The notes beneath the pieces are model-generated. The model was not told the DNA's origin and did no database searches. It worked only from the letters and a program-made list of their open reading frames with translations. The position numbers and the translations under genes are program-made. A stretch of DNA of 64,000 nucleotides, from assembly GCA_008690995.1 (NCBI GenBank), contig VRMN01000002.1, positions 868,001 to 932,000 on the forward strand, in the 5' to 3' direction. This document shows, in pieces, positions 21,017-31,758 of this stretch (position 1 is the first letter of the stretch; each line of letters begins with the position of its first letter). This stretch comes from Porphyridium purpureum. Its lineage: Eukaryota.

Positions 21017-24000
21017 ATGCAGAGCGAGTCACGGGAAATGATGGCTGCGGATCGCGACGAGGAGACGGTCGCGCTTCTCCCGGAGCCTGAGACAGATCGA
21101 GTGCGTGACGATCACCGTCCCACTTGTAGGTTTGAACGTCTACGCACGATACGGAATGGCGCATATGTAGTTGGCGTGCTGGTTCTTCTTGCGGTGGTAG
21201 GAGGCGGCGTGCGGTATTCGAAAGTGCCCGAGCGGCAAGGAGCAATAGCGAAATGGAGCCGCAATAACGAGCTGGCAAAGTGGAGACGTCCAAACGGTAT
21301 TTACGTCATTCCTGATTTCACAGCCGTGAGTGTGGAAAGTCTGCAGCTGCACGGTGAGCAGCGTGTGCTGATGGGCTGCGATGCGAGCATCAAGGTCAGC
21401 AGTAGTGTTCGAATACATGGCAACGTGGTATTTGAGTCCCTTGCGCGTGCAGAAAGAATTGCTCTCAGTCCAGGGGATTGCCAAACCTGGAACGGTATTA
21501 AAGCTGTCGCTGCATCGGTGGAAATATCTGGCGCATCAGTGCGTCATGTGGGCGCATCGTTCGCGGCATTGACAGTCATTGATGCGGTTCAAGTCAATGT
21601 TCGGAACAGCTCACTTACCTTCTGTGAACAGGATGGGCTTGTCGTACAGGACTCGGACAACGTGCACATTTCAAATTCGACCTTTTCGGACATCGTCGGG
21701 ATTGCAGTGAAACTCGTGTACTATGGCGGAACAAACCATGCCACCGCCCAGATTGAAAGATGCAGCATCGGCCCGGTGCACGAAAACGATTTCAGTGCGA
21801 TATACGTCCAGGTGGCACCACTTCTCACACCGCTGCTTGTGATCCGCAACAATACGATTCGAACGCACGGAACTAGAGGCATATCGGTCATTCAGCACGT
21901 TGAACTTGAAGGCGCTCTTCCGGCGCTTCAGAACCATGCTCTTGTTGATATATCGTACAACCACATTTCACATTGCCGTCGTGGAGCCTTGAGAATTTTT
22001 AACTTGGCTGGGCGGATTGCATTCAACGTAATCGAGCACAATTATTTGGACACCGCGAAGAAGTTACAATGGTGGGGCCTTCTCCAGACTTTGTCCGAGA
22101 ACATGCAGGGCATATGCGTCGCGGGAGGATTGAGTCTCGAGAGCAATTTGATGCGCGTCTATGCCAATGAATTCATGAACAACACAGTTTTGGTCTCAAG
22201 AAGAAAAGACAAGGCGCTTGCACTGCCAGCTCATCTGTGCACAAGGACCATGCCAAACATGCGCATTACACCCTATTTTGGGTCTCGCTACCACCATATC
22301 ACGGGCTACTTTGTGGATGGAATCGAAGTACACCACAACCGATTCATCTCGCAGGCAAGCACAAAAGCAAAAAGCGACGGTAGTGGCGATTTCGTTTGGG
22401 CAGCCGTGGCCATAATGAGCGGAAATGTGACCTTCCAGTACAACCATCTGTTTTTGTCGTCGCTTTGCACTGCGACGCAGTCTTCAATACGTGGTGTTCT
22501 GGACTGTCGATACAACTACTGGGGTGGCCACGATCCGTTCGCCATTGGTATCTGTGGAATGTCTATCAGCGATCCAGAGTTGAAAGCACAGCAAGAAAGC
22601 TCACGTCAGAGGGTGATGACACTTCCGGTTCTGCTGTCAAAGGAGCCTGTAAATGCTGAAGTTCGCTTTTTTGAGCTGAAGGACGATACAGAATCCAGCG
22701 CTATGGGAGCATACGTGCCGAGAGCTCACGCCAAAGGAGATAGCACGATATTGATGGATTTATCACGTGCTTCTCATTCTACTGTGTATGGTATGAACCA
22801 GGCTGCCCTGGATGAGGACCGTCCGTCAAGGTACCGATCCCTTCTGAAGCGGTTGCGTCCAAAATCGGAAAGGCCCATTTCAAAGTCCCCTGAATCATGG
22901 AGTATTGTACGCATGGGAGGTTTCTTACTCACTTTGGAGTATCCTGGTCTTCTGCCGACCTCACGATCTGCACCTAGCCAAACGCTGATGATTGAAATTC
23001 GGCGTGTGCTTTTTAGAGTGGTATATACACGCGCCGTGCTGAAATCACTCCGTAAGGCCAGGAAGAAGCTTTCAGCATTTGATGTGGTCGTATCTGCATG
23101 GAAAATACCGTACGATTATGTCAGTATTTGGGATCGACAATTCATAGAGCCAAGTCTCGTCCGCCATGCGGCATTGTACTTTGCAGTATCTTTGCACATT
23201 ATGCATGAAAATGGTGCCAACGTGGAGTTTGTTGAAGCCTTGAATGAACCGGATGGAAGGTGGGGCACAGTCATTCCGCCGGCTTCGATGGGAGCTTTTC
23301 TTATTTACTTGCATGATGCGATGCGCTTTCTCATGGGCAGGAAGGATGAGCGCGACCAGAGCAATTCCGCAATGTATCAGGGAGTTCCCAAGATCCTTGC
23401 ACCAGGAAGCTCGCAGATGGTGACACAGGACCGCGGGTTTCAAGGACTTTCTGCGAAAAACTACATTGAGGCTCTAGACAGCCAGCAGCCAAAGCTACCT
23501 CACTTGCTGATGTCACCAAGTCATGACATCAAACGAGCAAGCGAGGTCATTTTTGGTCTTTCCTTCCATTCATGGGATGACGTGTATCTTGCGTGGGAGC
23601 AAGAGCAAGTCTTTGATCTCGCGCTTCAGCGCGTTCGCAAGCTGCTTGCAAGCACAGCATCCTTATCCGCGAAGCCGATGTTCATCACTGAATGGGGTTT
23701 GAAATCACCAATGCTGTTGGTTTCTGACGCGGTAGGCTGCCGCGAGCAGCAGCGGCAGCGCGGATACTGGATGCGCTTGTACTCCGTGTCGCCCGAATTT
23801 GGGGATGGCGGATGTGACGAGCGTACGCCCTGGAGCCCTGCGTATCCAACGTGTGCTTCGTATCCAGCCAATGGCGCGTCTGTACCCGAACTTGTGGAGT
23901 CGCAGGAATTGTCTCCACTGATCGTGCCGCGCTACATGTCGCGCATGCTCCTCATGATCAACCACAAAGTGGACGTCGCGCTTTTCTGGGAATTGGCAGA

Positions 24001-24613
24001 CGCAGAGCATGCCAAAAGTGGCTGGGGCATGTTTGACCGAATGGATCACATGAAGCCGTTTGGTTTCGTCTTCAAGGCGTTCACAGACCGCATTCCAAAA
24101 GGCTCGTTGAACATTGATAGAACATGGAACGATTCAGCAGCAGTACTGGCGGCCATTACCGTGGAGCGACGAGATACGGTCGTGCTGGCTGTGGCGAACC
24201 CGACCCCGTTCGACCTGGACAGGCAAATAGTCATGGACCATGCGAGCTGGCGCTGGATAGAGATTGTTTCCTACGTGGCTGCAGAAACTCTGGTCACCGA
24301 TACGCAAGGCAATGGCTCTCACAGCGTTCGTCTCGTGGGGCAGCTGTGCTACTCTGGATGGCAGTCGATCTCCGCGAGCCGCGACGCAACACGAACTGTC
24401 ACCAGCGGCAAATCGACAGTCGTTCAGTGGCTATCTTCGCAGCACGAGCTGCATCTCCGCGTGCCCGGATTTTCAGTCACCATTGTCCGTCTGTCTGCTG
24501 CCAAACGCCCTCCGCGCGCTGAACGCAAGACATGCACGCGCGTGGTGGATGCCGCGCTGCTCGCCAATCCCAACTTGCGCGTGACGCACATTCCTCAACT
24601 CGGAGGGTGCTAG
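21017..24613 (+). CDS. Type II membrane protein: right-handed beta-helix + clan GH-A glycoside hydrolase + C-terminal beta-sandwich
   Basis: N-terminal TM; beta-helix repeats (VNVRNSSL, VHISNSTF, IRNNTI, YNYWG); ALNEPDG acid/base, SFHSW, FITEWG nucleophile, VPGFSVTIVRL. Confidence 0.72.
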   Translation: MQSESREMMAADRDEETVALLPEPETDRVRDDHRPTCRFERLRTIRNGAYVVGVLVLLAVVGGGVRYSKVPERQGAIAKWSRNNELAKWRRPNGIYVIPDFTAVSVESLQLHGEQRVLMGCDASIKVSSSVRIHGNVVFESLARAERIALSPGDCQTWNGIKAVAASVEISGASVRHVGASFAALTVIDAVQVNVRNSSLTFCEQDGLVVQDSDNVHISNSTFSDIVGIAVKLVYYGGTNHATAQIERCSIGPVHENDFSAIYVQVAPLLTPLLVIRNNTIRTHGTRGISVIQHVELEGALPALQNHALVDISYNHISHCRRGALRIFNLAGRIAFNVIEHNYLDTAKKLQWWGLLQTLSENMQGICVAGGLSLESNLMRVYANEFMNNTVLVSRRKDKALALPAHLCTRTMPNMRITPYFGSRYHHITGYFVDGIEVHHNRFISQASTKAKSDGSGDFVWAAVAIMSGNVTFQYNHLFLSSLCTATQSSIRGVLDCRYNYWGGHDPFAIGICGMSISDPELKAQQESSRQRVMTLPVLLSKEPVNAEVRFFELKDDTESSAMGAYVPRAHAKGDSTILMDLSRASHSTVYGMNQAALDEDRPSRYRSLLKRLRPKSERPISKSPESWSIVRMGGFLLTLEYPGLLPTSRSAPSQTLMIEIRRVLFRVVYTRAVLKSLRKARKKLSAFDVVVSAWKIPYDYVSIWDRQFIEPSLVRHAALYFAVSLHIMHENGANVEFVEALNEPDGRWGTVIPPASMGAFLIYLHDAMRFLMGRKDERDQSNSAMYQGVPKILAPGSSQMVTQDRGFQGLSAKNYIEALDSQQPKLPHLLMSPSHDIKRASEVIFGLSFHSWDDVYLAWEQEQVFDLALQRVRKLLASTASLSAKPMFITEWGLKSPMLLVSDAVGCREQQRQRGYWMRLYSVSPEFGDGGCDERTPWSPAYPTCASYPANGASVPELVESQELSPLIVPRYMSRMLLMINHKVDVALFWELADAEHAKSGWGMFDRMDHMKPFGFVFKAFTDRIPKGSLNIDRTWNDSAAVLAAITVERRDTVVLAVANPTPFDLDRQIVMDHASWRWIEIVSYVAAETLVTDTQGNGSHSVRLVGQLCYSGWQSISASRDATRTVTSGKSTVVQWLSSQHELHLRVPGFSVTIVRLSAAKRPPRAERKTCTRVVDAALLANPNLRVTHIPQLGGC

Positions 24614-24615
24614 GG

Positions 24616-24644
24616 TAGGGTTTCCACAAAACTCGAAACCCTAA
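24616..24644. promoter_or_regulatory. Inverted telo-box pair (TAGGGTTT ... AAACCCTAA)
   Basis: tagggttt at 24616-24623 and aaaccctaa at 24636-24644, upstream of the Rieske gene. Confidence 0.45.
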
Positions 24645-24720
24645 CCCAATGAGGTACAGTGTGTGTACAGTGGTTCATGGGAACCGAATCGTGCGACTCC
24701 TCGGAGATTGCATCGGATGG

Positions 24721-24770
24721 GAGGCGACGACGGGGAGGCGACGACGGTGAGGCGACGACGGGGAGGCGAC
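24721..24770. repeat. 14-bp tandem repeat GAGGCGACGACGG(G/T), about 3.5 copies, in the Rieske 5' region
   Basis: Direct reading. Confidence 0.8.
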
Positions 24771-24869
24771 TGCCAGACGCGTCGGAAGGAGAGGAGCAAA
24801 GAGAGCTGTCGGCAGAGAGAGAGAGAGTGTGTGTGGCGTGGTGGCCGACAGAAGAAAGACTGTGCGAAG

Positions 24870-25304
24870 ATGGCGTTTGTGGGATGTGTCAGTGGTCTGA
24901 AGGCTGCGCAGACAAAGCGCGCGCCGCGGGTGTGCGAAGTGAAGATGGCGTGGACGCCGGTGACGACCAAGGACGAAATTGACGCCGCGGGCGGATTCAC
25001 CGTGGTCAAGACCGCCGGGAAGAAAGTGCTGATTAAGGAACTGGATGGGCAGCTGTACGCAGTGTCAAACAAGTGCAGCCATCTGGGGTTGCCCATTGAG
25101 GGCAAGATCCTCAAGGCCAAGTTCAGCGACACGTGCGTCACCTGCGCCGCACACGGCTCCCAGTTTGATATTAAGACGGGTGAGGTCGTCGAGTGGTGCC
25201 CGACCATTCCGAACTGGGCGGGCTTTGCCAAGGCTAAGCCGGCACCGCTGCCAACGTTTCCCGTGCGCATCTCCGGCAACGGACAGGTCGAAATTGACGT
25301 TTGA
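24870..25304 (+). CDS. Plastid Rieske [2Fe-2S] ferredoxin (NirD-like)
   Basis: MAFVG transit peptide; CSHLG and CAAHGSQFD Rieske motifs; TGEVVEWCP. Confidence 0.9.
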   Translation: MAFVGCVSGLKAAQTKRAPRVCEVKMAWTPVTTKDEIDAAGGFTVVKTAGKKVLIKELDGQLYAVSNKCSHLGLPIEGKILKAKFSDTCVTCAAHGSQFDIKTGEVVEWCPTIPNWAGFAKAKPAPLPTFPVRISGNGQVEIDV

Positions 25305-25596
25305 AATCAGCAGAGCCACATTTTGTTGAGATAATTCGGATGCAAAACCGCGCTCTTCTTTCACAATAATCAAAGTACAACATCGATCTTTTCTACGACG
25401 ATGAATTGGGACAGTCGAGTACTTCGTCTGATGCTTTTCTCCTTACTTCTTGATCTGTCTGTTTGTTTTTATTTATTTTCTCTCTCTTGCACAACCGGTA
25501 ATACTGAAAGGAAGCACAAAGGCGTCCGTGCAACAGCTGTTTTCGCATGTCTACCAATCTCTACGGTCGAGACATTGTCTCGAACCCCATTCATCG

Positions 25597-26736
25597 TCAC
25601 CTTGCTTGATGCCAACTTGAGGCGTCTTCTGCCAATGCAGTGGCAGAAGCTACGAACAGTTTGCTGGAGCGGAACTGTTCCCCAACATTTTCGTTCAAGA
25701 CTTTCATAATCCACTCTGCTTGAAGCTCGCCACTGCATAAGCGAGCCTCAAATAGTCGTTCAGCAAGCACGCTCACTTTTTCCAGAGCGGCTGCCATTAG
25801 CAGCGTCTTCGGTCCGATGAGAGAGAGAATGCTGCTTGGACGCGCCTGTATTTCCGACATAGATCTAGACTCGATTTCTGACGCGAGCTTGAAGAGGCCC
25901 TGTTGGGGCGAACCAGCATGAGCCATCGTCCACCTGCGTCCCAGCTCCACTTCAAAATCACGCACGCGAGCCTGCAGCTGCCGGCGTCGAATCGCGTACA
26001 TCTGGCGGGTAAGCCGAAGACGCTTGAGTGTGCGTGGCTGCTCGGCAGAATCCCCGTCATTGTCGGTCTCCGTTTCATCACCATTCTGCGACGCGGCTGC
26101 CTCACGGGCATGTTTCGACGTCATCACTGGAGACTCTGTAGGTACCGAACAAGGATTCACGCCGCTCAAATTTAAGGCCACCATGTCTCCCGCTTCAGAA
26201 AGACCACTGCTGCGTCGTGATGCTCTCTTTGGCAAAGTAGAAGGGCGTTTGCTGGTAGTGCGGTTGCTGCTTGCGAAGTAAACATCTGCACCGATCGTCA
26301 AGATCGACTCACAGCCAAGCGCCTCGCCGTGCTGGGCGAGCTTTTGAAACGCGTCTGCGAATACGTGTTCCTGCTTGGACGCATGGAGCAGGCGTCGTTC
26401 ATTCACAACCCATTTTCGTGCACGCACGTCAGCGATGGCAAGCTGTAACGCCTTAATCACAGAATCCTTATGTTTCTTGCTGAGGGTGGTCGGATTGAAC
26501 AACTCGATCGATCGCTGTGAGAATACTCGCATCTGGTTCTTCGGCACCCACGAACCTTCATCGTTATCATTGTAGAAAAGCACCCAATACTTTCCCTTGT
26601 GCTTCCACTGCGGCGAGTCAAGCTTGTCAGACGTCCATGACGCGCCGTTCCTGGCAACAAGCGCTGGCCACCATGGAAATCCAGTAACATGGGCCCACAC
26701 AATCTGGCCAAAGACAACCTCGCGCGGCTCTTCCAT
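25597..26736 (-). CDS. PWWP-domain chromatin protein
   Basis: GQIVWAHVTGFPWWPALV...YWVLFY...SWV; likely start MEEPRE. Confidence 0.85.
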   Translation of the reverse strand: MEEPREVVFGQIVWAHVTGFPWWPALVARNGASWTSDKLDSPQWKHKGKYWVLFYNDNDEGSWVPKNQMRVFSQRSIELFNPTTLSKKHKDSVIKALQLAIADVRARKWVVNERRLLHASKQEHVFADAFQKLAQHGEALGCESILTIGADVYFASSNRTTSKRPSTLPKRASRRSSGLSEAGDMVALNLSGVNPCSVPTESPVMTSKHAREAAASQNGDETETDNDGDSAEQPRTLKRLRLTRQMYAIRRRQLQARVRDFEVELGRRWTMAHAGSPQQGLFKLASEIESRSMSEIQARPSSILSLIGPKTLLMAAALEKVSVLAERLFEARLCSGELQAEWIMKVLNENVGEQFRSSKLFVASATALAEDASSWHQAR

Positions 26737-26879
26737 CCCACCGTTCTTGAGCCTCTCGGAACCGGCCCGACCTGACTGCGTCGCCTTCCTCTTGCTCGAA
26801 TTGACTTTTAACGAGCAGCATGCAAGAGTGCATGAGACGAAGAGGAGAAAGCCGTGGTTCAGAACGGCGAGTCGAAAAT

Positions 26880-27689
26880 ATGGCGCCGCGTAAAATACCG
26901 GCAGCCACGCGCGCGCCGGCAAAGGGCAAACAAGACAAGGCGAACTCTGCAGAGCGTCCGAGCAGGCGGGAAGCATCCGTGCTGAAGCGAGCGCAGCCGC
27001 ATACAGTGATGGATGCAAATGCATCGCTGCGCTCGAACGAGGCTCGAAAGGTAGATGAAGGACCATGATGGTGCAAACGCGATGTTCCTCTGCGGACGGA
27101 GAGAGATCCGTCACTTGCCATCTTACGCTAGCTTTCATTGCTGTGGGCGATGCAGTCGGTGGTCGAGTGCTGGACATTGGTAGCAAGCTGGTGCTAACGC
27201 GGGTTGCATTTTGTATCGATTGATTGTGTCCGACTGCAGCTGGCAACAGAAGTTGATCATCAAGTCCGCGAGCTTCTTGAAGCATATTCGCCGAAGAGAA
27301 AAATAGATCTGCAGGAGCTTGTTGCCAAGGAGATGGCTGCGATAAAGAAGGTCAAGCAGGTGAGTTATTGACCCGGGTTTTCATGCCTTGATGCATGCTT
27401 TGTGCCAGCAGACTTGTATGACTTGTACGACATGTACGGTACCGAAGCTAGAGGGAGAGAGTTCACGAAGCGCATGAGACAACGTGATACTGACAGCGTA
27501 TGGGAACGTCCGCATGTCCCATTTATTTTTCATTCTGCTCTTTCATTGCAGGACGCGAGTACGACTGTGGTCCGGGAAGTACGGGATGCTCAGCGCTTCA
27601 CGGCGCAAATCAAAGGCGACTTTCAAAGTCTTCTTCAGACTCTGCAGCAAAGCAGCAAGCCCGCGCTCGTTCAACAAGAAGACGAGTAG
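26880..27689 (+). CDS. Hypothetical 142-aa coiled-coil protein; 3 exons (26880-27050, 27240-27359, 27552-27689)
   Basis: Two phase-0 GT-AG introns with branch sites GCTAAC (27193) and TACTGAC (27488) give a continuous ORF. Confidence 0.7.
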
Positions 27690-28086
27690 CCGAATTTAGG
27701 GGTTTAGAGACTTACTTGCATCTTTCTCTCGGTATATATCATCAAGTACGACTGCGTGGCACTGATGACCCACACTCGCAACCTAGATTCATGTGTGGAC
27801 GCTTTAATGTCCATGTATTTTCGAATCTTTGTCCTTAGAAAAGGCTTGAGCAGTACGGACGGACAACCGTCGTGTCGCGGATACGGAAGGCGCGAGTGAT
27901 TCTGGACCGCTTTGTGCTACGGCATCGTCAGTAAGCCTTCGATACGTGAAGCACATTGATTCCGCGTCTCAGCGGTTGCGTCCTGCAGCACCTCGTTGAT
28001 TCTATTTCTCATTTTGTCTTGAGTATAAAAATGGATTAACCAATGTCGGGAAGTTGAGTCGAGCAGGCCGGTGGAGGCTCGGTTCC

Positions 28087-29031
28087 ATGGCTTTCGCGAG
28101 CTATCCCTTGCTGCCGGGATTTGCGCGCATTTCGCAAGGGGTTAATCGAGCGCCGCAGTTTCTGAATCCCGAGGCGACCTCTAGAGGACTTCGCGGCCGG
28201 CACCCCGGTCTCCGAGCGTGTGTTCACGCTCCGGGCCGGCACGCAAGCGCGCTGGAGATCCCGGATGAATTTCGGGCAACAGGCGCGCCCGATGACGCGC
28301 AAGCACCTCAATGCACGAAGACGCGACCTTTACTTATTGTCGGGCTGGTGTTGTGCTTGTGTGTCGTGTTCAGTGTGTTGCTCGGTGCTCCGCAGTGGGT
28401 GCAAGCAGCGGCATCAGAGTCGAGTGCGATCGGACGCAAGACCAAGCATGTAGGTCAGAAAATTGCTGAGGTATTGGCAGATCGAGGAGTGCCACGTGAG
28501 ATGGCGCTGCTCTTTCTGTCCTCCTTGCCGGTGATCGAGCTACGCGGAGGTGTGCCAGTGGGCTTTTGGATGGGCATGCACCCGGGATACGTGCTCTTGC
28601 TCTGTGTGTTGGGCAACTTTCTGCCCATGCTACCATTTTTGCACTTGCTGCGCAATCAGTACGTGGAAAGTGCATTAGCACCATTCCTAAGTCGTGCTCG
28701 TTCGATGGTGGGCGAAGTCAAAGACGCAGCGTCGCCGTTGGTCGCGCTCGCCATCTTCGTTGGCATCCCATTGCCCGGCACTGGCGCATGGACTGGCGCA
28801 ATCATTGCTCACCTACTCGGCTTTTCGGTGCTCAATACTGCTGCTGCCCTACTTGCAGGAATCCTAATGAGCGGCACTATCATGATTGCTTTGTGCACAA
28901 TGGGCAAATATGGTGCACTAATTGCCGCTATCGTATGTATTGCACCCGCTTTGGCATGGCTTCTTAAGCAGCTCAGCGGATCGCGCACCGGCTCAGTCCA
29001 TACAGCAGGCCATGACCATAGTCAGATATAA
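28087..29031 (+). CDS. Small multidrug export family membrane protein, plastid-targeted
   Basis: LPVIELRGGVP, GNFLP, FVGIPLPGTGAWTG. Confidence 0.9.
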   Translation: MAFASYPLLPGFARISQGVNRAPQFLNPEATSRGLRGRHPGLRACVHAPGRHASALEIPDEFRATGAPDDAQAPQCTKTRPLLIVGLVLCLCVVFSVLLGAPQWVQAAASESSAIGRKTKHVGQKIAEVLADRGVPREMALLFLSSLPVIELRGGVPVGFWMGMHPGYVLLLCVLGNFLPMLPFLHLLRNQYVESALAPFLSRARSMVGEVKDAASPLVALAIFVGIPLPGTGAWTGAIIAHLLGFSVLNTAAALLAGILMSGTIMIALCTMGKYGALIAAIVCIAPALAWLLKQLSGSRTGSVHTAGHDHSQI

Positions 29032-29036
29032 TTATT

Positions 29037-30599
29037 CTACACAATTTGTGAAAGGTTTGAAATCGTACCGCCTACGAGGAGGCAGAGGCCAACAAGTGCA
29101 ATCACAAGATCCAAGCCAGAGTACCAGAAGCGCTTCAACAATGGTGACTCTGTGCGCGACGGTGAAAACAGTCTCCAGTCAAGCAACGAAGGCCAAATTA
29201 GGTTCGATTGTGTTGCGATGAGGGAGGCCGACAGAGAGATGATGTTGTCAAATGACGGAATAACAATACACATGGAAAGTTGCGTCAGACTGACCAGTGA
29301 AGTCCACAACAACCACCAGAGAACCGCTGGAGCCGTCCAGTCTTCAGCGGCGGCGATCTTTGGATACCACCGCTGTACCTTGATGTCTTCTCCATCAGCG
29401 GCTTCTGGGTCAGACGCCGATTCGCCCTGAGACTCATCTCCCATGTTCACCGATTGCAATGACGTTGAAGTTTTAAATGCTTTCACGCGCTCCGGCGACC
29501 TTTCACCGCCTCCCTCTTCGCTTCGCACCGCTTCCGCATCTAGGTGCAAACCCGAAGAGATGCTTTTGTGCTCGTCCATGCTGTAGTTTCGCACTTGGTG
29601 AGCTCTCGGATGAAAGAGAAGCTTAATGATAGGCTCAAGCCTGGACTGAATGGCGCCGACGAGTACTGTATTATTGACCGCCCCGGTCGTCACCACATGC
29701 ACACTGATGAGGCCCTGTACAATGACAGATATGCCTCCAGACGGTAGAGACAATGTGAACGGACTTTCAAGCCACTCGGCATCGCCAACCAAATGGTACA
29801 TGACCGCGCCGATGACAATGTAAACGGCGAAAATAATAAACTGTGACAGCCACAGCGCTTTGGGGAAGTCAGATGGTGTTCGTAGCTCCGATATCAGCTC
29901 AAAGTACACGACATGACCCGCATAGCTATACATGAATTCTAACACGGCGACAAACGCTGCGGTCGCGCTCGAGCCGAACAAGACCGTGGAACCTCTTGGA
30001 TACTGCTCTGGATCGTTCCGAATCGCACTTGCAATACCAATGATGGCGATAACTGTCGGTACCATGACTGAGAGAGAGCCGACCACGCTCACAACGGCGA
30101 TGTTTGAAAACGACCGCGCCTGATTCACGACCAATGTACAGGCTGCAGCGATAAATAAACTCACCGGAAGACTCAACGACGGAGCAATATTCCGCCATGA
30201 ATCTGCTTGGACCAACAGGTTCGCACTCGTGTACATAAACAGTACTGTATACACGCAAGCCGCGGCGTAAAACCTCGCCGTGCGTCCAAAACAAAACTCG
30301 AACATGTCCGGAAACGAGCGTGCCTCTGGATGTGCATTTCGGGCACGGAAGATCTGCATTCCAGTGACGCTTGTGAGCAAAAAGAACGCGATATTGATTC
30401 CAAATGCCGGGATCCAGCCAAGGCGCGCAAACACACGCGGTAGCGACAGAACTCCGACTCCAATCACCTCGGCCAGCATGACGAACACCAGCTGCACCCA
30501 GCCCAAATGCGGCGTGTGCTTTGGCTGCGCACGTCGGATCACAGATTCGTATTCATCTTCTTGTTGATGCGAGCAGAGCGAACTCGCACTTTTTTCCAT
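29037..30599 (-). CDS. Amino acid transporter (AAAP/Aa_trans family)
   Basis: EVIGVGVLSLP..FARLGW, YSYAGH..YFELISE, FPKAL; many TM segments. Confidence 0.9.
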   Translation of the reverse strand: MEKSASSLCSHQQEDEYESVIRRAQPKHTPHLGWVQLVFVMLAEVIGVGVLSLPRVFARLGWIPAFGINIAFFLLTSVTGMQIFRARNAHPEARSFPDMFEFCFGRTARFYAAACVYTVLFMYTSANLLVQADSWRNIAPSLSLPVSLFIAAACTLVVNQARSFSNIAVVSVVGSLSVMVPTVIAIIGIASAIRNDPEQYPRGSTVLFGSSATAAFVAVLEFMYSYAGHVVYFELISELRTPSDFPKALWLSQFIIFAVYIVIGAVMYHLVGDAEWLESPFTLSLPSGGISVIVQGLISVHVVTTGAVNNTVLVGAIQSRLEPIIKLLFHPRAHQVRNYSMDEHKSISSGLHLDAEAVRSEEGGGERSPERVKAFKTSTSLQSVNMGDESQGESASDPEAADGEDIKVQRWYPKIAAAEDWTAPAVLWWLLWTSLVSLTQLSMCIVIPSFDNIISLSASLIATQSNLIWPSLLDWRLFSPSRTESPLLKRFWYSGLDLVIALVGLCLLVGGTISNLSQIV

Positions 30600-30629
30600 A
30601 TCGCTTGAGCTTTGTTCTGGGTCAATCTC

Positions 30630-30722
30630 CGTCTCCCTCTCTCTGTCTCTCTCTGTCTCTCTCTGTCTCTCTCTCCCTGTCTCTCTCTCTCTCTCTCTCT
30701 CCCTCTCCCTTTTCTCCTTCTC
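30630..30722. repeat. Imperfect (CT)n microsatellite
   Basis: Direct reading. Confidence 0.9.
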
Positions 30723-31758
30723 CCACATTTGTCCAACTCACCTCTGAATCGGTTGGAAGTGATGGTTCAACAGAGACACGAGCAGACCGAGAAACGTGTC
30801 ACAACCTGTCACCTCTTTCGCAGTGCACGTGGAAGTGAGACGTGTGTACAGCAGCGCCATGGAGTAGAATAAGCTGAGAAGAGAGGCTCCGGCGACACCA
30901 GCGTTAAAGCGGGCCGCACCAGCCGCCGCACACGCGCGAGCCCGGAAACCAAGGCTACCTTCCCGCCCGCCTGCGTGGTATGGCGCTTGAAACGGAGCGT
31001 GCACATCTTCCGCGTGATGTTCGGCCTGGACCAATGCTGTGCGCTGTCCACTCGGTGACGGCAATGTGGTGCGCATGGCGCATGTTCCCGTGGGCTTGGA
31101 CAAGTCAGCGTCCAAGATCGACAATGCGGGGAACATGTGGCAGCGTGATATGCTGCGTCATTCTGCACAATGGGCACGCGTATGCTCGTGAGCAACCTAG
31201 TCGATGAGGTGCAAATGCATTTGGCCGCGTCTTTCGTGCTCAAGTACGACGTCACCATGCTACGCAAGGTTGAGATGTCCAGCCTGGACTGCCGCCTTGA
31301 CAGCAAACTGTGCTCCAATAATGCCCGCCAGCTGGTCTGCAAGGGCAACTGCTGCCTTCCGGAGGCGCCTCGCGCTCAATGCGCGTCGGCGCGGCTCTGT
31401 GATGATCCTGGTCGAACGGGCGCTTATGTCCAAGACCTAAAGCACGTGGGGGACCATCAGGCGTGCGCACGTGGCTCCGCGGCCGGAGGTTCAGCCATAG
31501 ACCTGGATGTGAATGGCACCAAGAAGATTTGATTGCGGAACGTTTAAGCGTTGGGCAAGTCGGTTTCCAGTTTGTGCCTTGCAGCCTGTAGCTTGAAGAC
31601 GATTATGAGTGTGACCGCACGATCTTCATCGCGGACCCCCTGCGGCCCTGTAAGGCGTGGTGGAAACACGAGACCTATTCCGCGTGAGGCTACAGCTTGC
31701 CACGGTTTCTCGCCCTCTCGTTTAGTTCATTCACTCCCTGGAGGTTTATGCTTATATA

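Noticed and set aside
26737..27285. N-terminal 183 aa of the 562-aa ORF 25597-27285
   Set aside because: Antisense to the spliced plus-strand gene; PWWP homology starts at MEEPRE (26736).
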